Shown here: positions 56,899 through 64,000 of the stretch, in pieces
Layout of the letters: every line of letters begins with the position of its first letter
Position numbering within the stretch: position 1 is the stretch's first letter
Assembly: GCA_965228895.1 (NCBI GenBank)
Contig: OZ245842.1
Location: 5,312,001 to 5,376,000 of the forward strand
Length of the DNA stretch: 64,000 nucleotides
Direction of reading: 5' to 3'
Source of the DNA: Alphaproteobacteria bacterium
Lineage (GTDB): Bacteria; Pseudomonadota; Alphaproteobacteria; SP197
Made by a program: the position numbers and the translations under genes
The notes under the pieces: generated by a model
Seen by the model: only the letters and a program-made list of their open reading frames with translations
Told to the model about the DNA's origin: nothing
Database searches by the model: none

Positions 56899-58647
56899 CT
56901 AGCGGTGCATCACCGGCAGGACGATGTGGGACGGCCGCGCGGCGTCATGATGGATCGTCTGCTCGGCCTTGATGGTTGTCGCGCTGTGACCGTACGTCGT
57001 GCCCGTGTTGGGATTGCGGTCGTAACGGTTGAAGTCGCTGCTGGAAATCTCGACGCGCAGACGGTGGCCTTTCTCCATGCGATAGCTCGTTGCCCATAGA
57101 TCGATAGGCAGCGCATAGACCTCGCCCGGTTCGATCGGCTGCGGTGCGTTGTCGGGGTCGCGGAAGCCGGTGCGCAGGATGCCGTCCTGAATCATGTTGA
57201 CGCGCCCGTCCGGAAAGACGTCGGCAAGCACCACGGTGAAATCCGTGTCCGTCGCGCTGGATGCGGCGTGCAGCGTGGCCGTCACCGGCCCGGTCAGTTC
57301 CATCGGCGCGTCAAGTGGCACGCTCGTATAGACAAGCACATCGTGGCGCGTCTCGATGGGGCGGCGGTCGCCCATGTTCCCGGCCAGCGCCCAGCAATCC
57401 ATCTGCAGGCTTTCGGCGATCGGGTTGTCGGGGTCGTAGACGAAGTGATCGGCCGGTTCGTCGCCGGGCGGCTCCGCAGACAATACGCCGTCGCCATCGG
57501 CCGTGTTCGCTTGTCCCGCGCTATGCAGATACCAGGCCTGGTAATCCGTATCCGGCAGCGGCCAGTCCTCGGCATCGCGCCAGGTATCGTCGCCCAAGGT
57601 GAAATAGTGGATCGGACCGTTGTCGCCGTAGCCGTTGTCGAGTCCCATCAAGTAGTGGTCGAAGAACGCGGCGACGTGATCCCAGCGGTGGGCGAAGGCA
57701 GACGCCGGCACCGGCATCAGGCCGGCACGGCCCAGCTTGTCGGCGCTGCACTCGTGATCCCACGGACCGATCAGGACGTGGTTGTGCCGGGCGGGTGCGT
57801 TGGCGTCGGCCAGGATGCGCCAATCGGCAAGCATCGGGCCCAGATAGTTGTCGTACCAGCCGTCCCAGTGCAGCACGGGAATGCGAATCTGATCGTAACC
57901 CGCCAGCAGGCTGCGTTCGCGCCAGAACGGCGACGGCACCGGGTTGGCGATCACCTGATCGAAGTAGCTGCTGGGTATCCCGGCGGCGTTGGCCATGTCG
58001 GCCAATGGCAGATGCCATGGGTCGATTTTTGAGAGGTCCTGGTACTGGCGCGCCATCATCGAGATCGCCCACATGCCGACCGTGTTCATCTGCAAACACC
58101 CGTTGCGGAACGTCGCCGTGCAGCGGTTCATGGTGATGTCGCCGGGCGCGATGGCGGCGAGCGCCGGGTGACGGCTGACCGCACCGGCATAGCTGGTGAA
58201 GCCGAAATAGGACTCACCCCACATGCCGACCTTGCCGGTCGACCAGTCCTGGCCGGCGATCCAGTCGATGGTGTCGTAGGCGTCGTTGACCTCGACGCCG
58301 CCGACATTGGGATCGAACGTGCCTTCCGAGGCCCACTTGCCGCGCACGTCCTGGGCCACATAGGCGTAGCCCTTGGACGCGAAATAGGCGCCGATGATCG
58401 GCATGTAGCAGTAGGGTTCGGTCTTGCCGTAGGGCATGCGCGTCAAGATGGCGGGGAACGGTCCGTCGCCTTCGGGTAGGTAGACATCGGTTGCCAACCG
58501 CACGCCATCGCGCATGGCGATCATCTGATCGGACAGGACGCCGCCGAGCGACGCCCTGTCCGGCGTCGCCGTGGGGAGGCGCTCGAACGGCGGCGGCGCC
58601 GTCTTTTTGTCGATCTCCGCCGCCAACCCACCTTCAACCGCTGCCAT
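56899..58647 (-). CDS. CocE/NonD family serine hydrolase (tandem paralog)
   Basis: MRDGVRLATD, PYGK, GESY, GWYD, GPWDH. Confidence 0.9.
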   Translation of the reverse strand: MAAVEGGLAAEIDKKTAPPPFERLPTATPDRASLGGVLSDQMIAMRDGVRLATDVYLPEGDGPFPAILTRMPYGKTEPYCYMPIIGAYFASKGYAYVAQDVRGKWASEGTFDPNVGGVEVNDAYDTIDWIAGQDWSTGKVGMWGESYFGFTSYAGAVSRHPALAAIAPGDITMNRCTATFRNGCLQMNTVGMWAISMMARQYQDLSKIDPWHLPLADMANAAGIPSSYFDQVIANPVPSPFWRERSLLAGYDQIRIPVLHWDGWYDNYLGPMLADWRILADANAPARHNHVLIGPWDHECSADKLGRAGLMPVPASAFAHRWDHVAAFFDHYLMGLDNGYGDNGPIHYFTLGDDTWRDAEDWPLPDTDYQAWYLHSAGQANTADGDGVLSAEPPGDEPADHFVYDPDNPIAESLQMDCWALAGNMGDRRPIETRHDVLVYTSVPLDAPMELTGPVTATLHAASSATDTDFTVVLADVFPDGRVNMIQDGILRTGFRDPDNAPQPIEPGEVYALPIDLWATSYRMEKGHRLRVEISSSDFNRYDRNPNTGTTYGHSATTIKAEQTIHHDAARPSHIVLPVMHR

Positions 58648-58754
58648 GGTCTTCTCCGCTAATCATCCGCTGTGGCGCGATTGTCGCCGCCCCGTCGCGC
58701 GGCGGCCATTGATTTTGCCGTGCGCCCAGGGGTTTTCTTTCTATGTATTGCGAA

Positions 58755-58769
58755 TGAGAATTATTCTCA
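58755..58769. promoter_or_regulatory. Fur-type iron box
   Basis: Perfect 7-1-7 dyad TGAGAAT-T-ATTCTCA within GCGAATGAGAATTATTCTC. Confidence 0.75.
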
Positions 58770-58812
58770 GTATGGTGGTGTGAAGGCCATTGAAAGGGTG
58801 GGGAGTGATCAC

Positions 58813-59331
58813 GTGCAGCCCATGGCGCAAGACGAGTTTGAGACAGGCTGGCCAGAGCTGATGGCGGAGCTTGTTCATGGCGAACAGTTTCTTGTCTGGT
58901 CGTTCCGCCGCTGGGTGCTCGGCCTGACCGAGAACGACGGATCGCACTGGAACGTCGTCTGGCGCGAGTTCGAAGTGCGGATGGGGCAGCCGGACGGGCC
59001 TGCCGCCTTGGCCAACCTCGCGAAGCTGATCCGCGCGCTGCAAATGCATGCCCGCCGCCAGATCCAGCACCACCATCCATGTTGCCCGTGCCTGGGCACC
59101 GACGAGGCCTGTTTGGTTACCCTGATCGCGGCTTGCCAGCATGGCGAGGCAACGTTCGCCCGCGCCCTAGCCGGGGATATGGTGGAAAGTTCTGGCTTAA
59201 GCGCCATGGTCGAGGCGGTTGAACGCTTGGCTTATCTGATGCGCCGCAATGCGCTTTCTCTGCCCTTAAGGTCGAGCATCTCGGGCAACGAATGGGTGGT
59301 GCCGTCGCAGTCCTCGCGCTCCGTGCACTAG
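58813..59331 (+). CDS. Hypothetical protein with HHHPCCPC motif
   Basis: GGGAG RBS then GTG 58813 (or ATG 58822); downstream of the Fur box. Confidence 0.7.
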   Translation: MQPMAQDEFETGWPELMAELVHGEQFLVWSFRRWVLGLTENDGSHWNVVWREFEVRMGQPDGPAALANLAKLIRALQMHARRQIQHHHPCCPCLGTDEACLVTLIAACQHGEATFARALAGDMVESSGLSAMVEAVERLAYLMRRNALSLPLRSSISGNEWVVPSQSSRSVH

Positions 59332-59394
59332 CTTCGCCAGTGTGTTGCGACCGAGAACAGACATCGACGGCACCCACGGATTGACCGTTCCGGC

Positions 59395-60828
59395 TTAGGC
59401 GGCCGGTTCGATGTTTTGATTGAAGCGGAACAGATTGTCGGGGTCGTATCGCTTCTTGATCTCAGCCAAACGAACAAAGTTGTCGCCGAACGTCTTGCGA
59501 ACGAGCTCGTCGCCTTCCTCGCCCTGGCCGGGAAAGTTGAGATACATGCGGCCCTTGTCGGAGTGGGCTTTCATGCGGTGCCAGAACGCGCGGGTCCAAT
59601 CGATGTTGGTCTCATCCTGGTCGGGCGTATCCCATATCGAGTCGATCGAAAACATATAAGGCATGGAGCGGTCGCCGAAGGCCGTAGCATCGCTTGCCAC
59701 CCGCGCGGTTGCGCCACCGAAGTTCCAAATCGACGATAACGTATGGGGTGACGGCGGCTCAGCATTTCCGTCGATAATCGCGTCGATGACGTGATTGCCG
59801 AGATCGGCCAGATAGTGGCTCTTCCAATAACACCGGTGCTGGCCGAACGGGATGACAGTGTCGAAAAGAGTCTGCACCTCGCAGTAGGACATTTGACCGG
59901 AGAAGTCAGCGACCGGGTCTGCCAGTTCGCGCAGGGGCTGCAGCAATGTTTTGCCTTCGGCTGCGTCACCGGCATAAACGGCTGCCATGGTGTAGACACG
60001 CTTACCCCAGGCTGCCTCGGGAAACTCCGGGTCTTCCGGAACCGTCGAGAACTCGATCAACGAGCCGACATCGTCATTCTTATCGGCCAGGAAATCGCGC
60101 CAGAATCGGATCGGGCCAGGACCAACGTCGAGCGGATAGATAGGCGCGCAGAACATGACGGTCGGGCCGACTGGATGAACAGCAAACTCGAACGTCGTGA
60201 CGACACCGAAATTGCCGCCGCCGCCGCGCAAAGCCCAAAACAGATCAGCGTTCTCGCATTCGCTGGCGTGCACCAGACTGCCATCGGCGGTCACGACGTC
60301 GGTCGATACCAAGTTGTCGATGGTGAGACCATAGCGGCTCCTTAACCAACCGATGCCGCCGGACAGAGTCAGACCGGCCACACCGGTCTCTGAGATGAGG
60401 CCGCCCGGCAAGGCAAGACCGTGGGCCTGCGTCGCCTGATCGACATCGCCCCAAGTGGCACCGCCTTCAACCCGCGCACGTCGGGCATCCGGATCGACAA
60501 CGACGCCGCGCATCAAGGATAGATCGATCATCAGACCGTCATCGCATACCGCATGACCGGCGACGTTGTGTGCGCCGCCTCGAATGGAAACTGGCAGGCG
60601 ATGATTACGGGCAAAGGTAACGGCGCAACAAACGTCGGCCGCGCTCTTGCACTTCGCGATAACGGCGGGCCGGCGGTCGATCATGGTGTTCCACACCGCA
60701 CGGGCCTTGTCGTATTCGGCATCACCGGGAACAAGGACGTCGCCAAGCAATGATGCGCGAAGGTTCTTGATAGGCAAAGGGTCGCCGCCGGCCACGGGCC
60801 GGGAGGCGTTGGTGTTAGAGTTGTCCAT
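59395..60828 (-). CDS. BBE-like / 6-hydroxy-D-nicotine oxidase-like FAD oxidase
   Basis: RGGAHN, GGIGW, WALRGGGGNFGVV, YLNF, YDPDNLF. Confidence 0.9.
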   Translation of the reverse strand: MDNSNTNASRPVAGGDPLPIKNLRASLLGDVLVPGDAEYDKARAVWNTMIDRRPAVIAKCKSAADVCCAVTFARNHRLPVSIRGGAHNVAGHAVCDDGLMIDLSLMRGVVVDPDARRARVEGGATWGDVDQATQAHGLALPGGLISETGVAGLTLSGGIGWLRSRYGLTIDNLVSTDVVTADGSLVHASECENADLFWALRGGGGNFGVVTTFEFAVHPVGPTVMFCAPIYPLDVGPGPIRFWRDFLADKNDDVGSLIEFSTVPEDPEFPEAAWGKRVYTMAAVYAGDAAEGKTLLQPLRELADPVADFSGQMSYCEVQTLFDTVIPFGQHRCYWKSHYLADLGNHVIDAIIDGNAEPPSPHTLSSIWNFGGATARVASDATAFGDRSMPYMFSIDSIWDTPDQDETNIDWTRAFWHRMKAHSDKGRMYLNFPGQGEEGDELVRKTFGDNFVRLAEIKKRYDPDNLFRFNQNIEPAA

Positions 60829-60982
60829 GGGTCGGTTCCAATCGTGTGTCTGTTTGCATAGCGTTCAGACCCGGACGTTGGGTCCGTTGACTATAGCTAG
60901 GCATGGCGTTGGATCGTCCGAAGAGACAGAATGCCCAAGAACGGTTCGATTCTGACATGCTTGCGGATTTTGTGGTGCAGAC

Positions 60983-62023
60983 ATGCGACAAGCCGAAAAA
61001 CCCGTCATTGCTCTGTTAGCGGCGCCGGAGACCTCGGCCGCTGTGCTCTATGGGCTCTATGACGTTTTCTGGTCGGTCGGATCCGTTTTTGATGAGATGA
61101 CGACGGGCGAGACGGGCGAGCCCCTGCTTGATGTCAGGATTGTCGCCTGCAGCGCCGAGCAGTTTCGCTGCGCCGGCGATGTGATCATCGATCCCCACAA
61201 CGCAATCGACGACCTTGACCGGGTCGACATCGCGATCATCTGCGACATGTATACGCCGATCCATGAGCTGCCGCGCGACCGCTATCCCGCTGAGGTCGAA
61301 TGGATCAAGCGTGTGCACAGTCATGGCGCCATCGTCGCCTCGGTCTGTTCGGGGTCGTTGGTGCTCGCCGAAACAGGTCTGCTTGATGGGTTGCCGGCGA
61401 CCGGTCATTGGGCCTACCGCCAGCTTTCGCGCGAGCACTTCAGCAAGGTGAAGTGGCGTGAGGATTCGGTGATCTGCCTAGCGGGCGAGGAAAAACGCAT
61501 CGTAACCGCTGGCGGCGTCACGGCTTGGCAGGATCTCGCTCTCTACCTGATCGCGCGGTTATGCGGCCCGGATCATGCGATCCGAACAGCCAAGGTGCAC
61601 CTGATGGGCGATCACGGCGACGGCCAACTGCCCTTTGCCGCCATGACCCAACGGGTTCAGAAAATTGATGCGGTTATTGGTGAATGTCAGGTGTGGATCG
61701 CCGAGAACTACGCTTCTTCCAATCCGGTGACCCTCATGACCGAACGGTCGGGGCTCAAACCGCGAACCTTTGCGAGGCGGTTTCATGCTGCGACCGGCTA
61801 TCAGCCGATGGATTATGTTCACGCTCTACGCATCGAAGAAGCCAAGCAACTACTGGAACGCGATACGCTGGCTGTCAACGAGGTCAGCCAGGCGGTGGGT
61901 TACGAAGACTCGGCCTACTTCCGGCGGCTCTTCAAGCGCAAGGCAGGTCTGACCCCTGCCGCCTACCGCCAAAAGTTTGCCTACATCACGTCGATTGCGG
62001 CCCGCCGACCGATTGACGATTAG
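60983..62023 (+). CDS. GlxA-family regulator (DJ-1 + AraC)
   Basis: SVCSGSLVLAETGLLDG..ATGHW, RTFARRF, VGYEDSAYFRRLF. Confidence 0.9.
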   Translation: MRQAEKPVIALLAAPETSAAVLYGLYDVFWSVGSVFDEMTTGETGEPLLDVRIVACSAEQFRCAGDVIIDPHNAIDDLDRVDIAIICDMYTPIHELPRDRYPAEVEWIKRVHSHGAIVASVCSGSLVLAETGLLDGLPATGHWAYRQLSREHFSKVKWREDSVICLAGEEKRIVTAGGVTAWQDLALYLIARLCGPDHAIRTAKVHLMGDHGDGQLPFAAMTQRVQKIDAVIGECQVWIAENYASSNPVTLMTERSGLKPRTFARRFHAATGYQPMDYVHALRIEEAKQLLERDTLAVNEVSQAVGYEDSAYFRRLFKRKAGLTPAAYRQKFAYITSIAARRPIDD

Positions 62024-62047
62024 GCGTCGAACCGATCATGTCTCATC

Positions 62048-62632
62048 ATGCCAGCAGAACAGAGTGAGCCGGCCGTGCACAGCATCCACATCACCGGCGC
62101 GTCGGGATCCGGGACGACGACACTTGGCCGCGCGCTCGCCGCGCGGTTGGGTTGGGTGCATTTCGACAGCGACGACTTCTTCTGGGTCAAGACCGATCCG
62201 CCGTTTCAGACGAAACGGGATTCGAAGGCTCGAACGGATCTGCTGGTGGCGGCACTGGGCAAGGCCCCGGCATGGGTCCTGTCGGGTTCGATCATGGGCT
62301 GGAGCGGTCTTGAGATGCCAAGCTTCGATCTGGTGATCTTTCTGAGTTTGCCCAGCGACGTTCGGATAACGCGGCTCAGGGCCCGCGAAAAGCAGCGCTA
62401 CGGCGCGGCGACCCTAGAACCCGGCGGCAGCCAATACCAGGAATCCGTCGAGTTTCTCGCCTGGGCGGCCGCCTATGACGACGCCGAAACGGTTGGGCGG
62501 AACCGTATCGCGCACGAACGCTGGCTTGCCGACCAGACCTGTCCCATTCTGAGACTGGACAGCATGGAGAGTGTCCAGCACAACGTAGAGGCGGTGGTCG
62601 ACGGACTTCATCAGCCGATAGATTGTTCGTGA
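62048..62632 (+). CDS. Adenylate-kinase-like P-loop protein
   Basis: ITGASGSGTTT, DSDDFFW, WVLSGS. Confidence 0.8.
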   Translation: MPAEQSEPAVHSIHITGASGSGTTTLGRALAARLGWVHFDSDDFFWVKTDPPFQTKRDSKARTDLLVAALGKAPAWVLSGSIMGWSGLEMPSFDLVIFLSLPSDVRITRLRAREKQRYGAATLEPGGSQYQESVEFLAWAAAYDDAETVGRNRIAHERWLADQTCPILRLDSMESVQHNVEAVVDGLHQPIDCS

Positions 62633-62714
62633 GCACGTCGCGCGGCGCATTGACCGGCCGCTTGGCCGTCGCCACGTTCGCCCCTGGGATCGGTTTATCG
62701 TTGTGGGAGTTTGT

Positions 62715-63665
62715 ATGTCCGTTTTAGAGGTCGTTCCGCCGCCCGGCGCGAAGTTCACCGATCCCGATATCACCGCCAAAGGCGAGCGCAGGGCGCATGT
62801 CGCCCTTAACCGGCTTCAGACGCTGTGGATCAACACGGGCACGCTGTGCAATTTGGCCTGCGCCGGCTGTTACATCGAATCCAGCCCGCGCAACGACCGG
62901 CTGGTCTATATCACCGCCGACGAGGTCGCCGCCTATTACGACGAGATCGAAAGGGACGGCCTGGCGACCGAGGAGATCGGGTTTACCGGCGGTGAGCCGT
63001 TCATGAACCCGGACTTCATGATCATGGTCGAGGATGCGCTTGCGCGCGGCTTCCGGGTCCTGATCCTGACCAACGCCATGCGCCCGATGATGAAGTGCGC
63101 CGACGAACTGTTGGCGCTCAAGGAGCGTTTCGGCGCGCGTCTTGTCGTGCGCGTATCGGTCGACCACTACACCCAGGACCTTCATGAACTCGAACGCGGT
63201 GCGCGTTCATGGCAGTCGACCTTGGACGGGATGATCTGGCTCGCGCGAAACGGTTTCAGCATGCATGTCGCCGGCCGCACCATGTGGGGCGAGGAAGAAG
63301 CCAGTCTGCGCGACGGCTTCCGGGACCTGTTCGCCGAGCATGACATCCCGGTCGACGCTGACGATCCCGCGACCATGGTGCTGTTTCCGGAAATGGACTT
63401 GGCGGCCGAGGTGCCGGAAATCACCGACGCCTGCTGGGGCATTTTGGGCGTCGACCCCGGCGACATGATGTGTTCGAGCTCTCGCATGGTCGTTAAACGC
63501 AAGGGCACGGATCGCCCGGCGGTCATTGCCTGCACCCTGCTGCCCTATGAGCCGGAGTTTGAACTTGGCGCGACGCTCGCCGAGGCCACGGGAGCGGTGA
63601 AGCTGAACCATCCGCACTGCGCCAAGTTCTGCGTCCTGGGCGGCGGCTCCTGCAGCAAGGCTTGA
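62715..63665 (+). CDS. Radical SAM protein of unknown function
   Basis: CNLACAGC, FTGGEPF, LTN; Cys-rich C-terminus HPHCAKFCVLGGGSC. Confidence 0.88.
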   Translation: MSVLEVVPPPGAKFTDPDITAKGERRAHVALNRLQTLWINTGTLCNLACAGCYIESSPRNDRLVYITADEVAAYYDEIERDGLATEEIGFTGGEPFMNPDFMIMVEDALARGFRVLILTNAMRPMMKCADELLALKERFGARLVVRVSVDHYTQDLHELERGARSWQSTLDGMIWLARNGFSMHVAGRTMWGEEEASLRDGFRDLFAEHDIPVDADDPATMVLFPEMDLAAEVPEITDACWGILGVDPGDMMCSSSRMVVKRKGTDRPAVIACTLLPYEPEFELGATLAEATGAVKLNHPHCAKFCVLGGGSCSKA

Positions 63666-63680
63666 GCGCCGCTCGGCGCG

Positions 63681-64000
63681 TCAGATTTCGTTCCCGACCT
63701 TGAGCCCTTCGAAGACCGCCTCCTCGGCGGTTCGTGGCGCCAGGCAGTCACCGGCCATGTGTATCTCAAGACCCAGGCCGGTTAGTTCGTGGACAAGGCC
63801 GTCCTCGGCATCGTGGCCCAACGCGGTCACCAGCGTGTCGACGCCGTCGCAGATGATCGGCTCCTTGGCCATGACGTGTTCGAAGTAGACGGTGTCGGCG
63901 TCCAGGCCATAGAGACGCGCGTAGAGGTGGACGTCGACGCCCAGCTTGTGCAGACGGCCGGCGGCGTGGTCGCGCATGTACTGCATGACGTTTTCGCCGA
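63681..64000 (-). CDS. C-terminus of an NADH:flavin oxidoreductase (TMADH/DCR-type), truncated by the window edge
   Basis: VDTLVTALG, AGDCLAPRTAEEAVFEG, similar to the end of 43009-45093. Confidence 0.75.
   Translation of the reverse strand, partial: GENVMQYMRDHAAGRLHKLGVDVHLYARLYGLDADTVYFEHVMAKEPIICDGVDTLVTALGHDAEDGLVHELTGLGLEIHMAGDCLAPRTAEEAVFEGLKVGNEI

Overview
GC-rich bacterial chromosome segment, very likely alphaproteobacterial (IalB-family, TIGR02281 protease, DUF1127/LysR, NnrU, asparaginase II). It is dense with about 65 CDS, one tRNA-Ala(CGC), and no recognisable CRISPR array, transposase, integrase or prophage. Housekeeping genes (argG, rlmN, folD, yggT/yggU, thpR, ybbAP/tesA, yccA) are interspersed with many small-molecule and N-methylamine catabolic genes and a bacterial voltage-gated Na+ channel. 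The most unusual signals: (1) three copies of a ~135-bp twin-hairpin intergenic element whose stems differ in sequence but keep their pairing and fixed motifs; (2) a second ~69-bp palindrome family with a conserved asymmetric loop; (3) a DeoR / betaine-type ABC / choline-kinase-like / DMGDH-like operon of unknown substrate; (4) a two-TM protein with a TIR-like domain beside the tRNA and a truncated SDR; (5) a single-chain triple Rid protein lacking the catalytic Arg; (6) a Fur-box-preceded Cys/His-motif protein. All calls come from reading motifs by eye; no searches were run.
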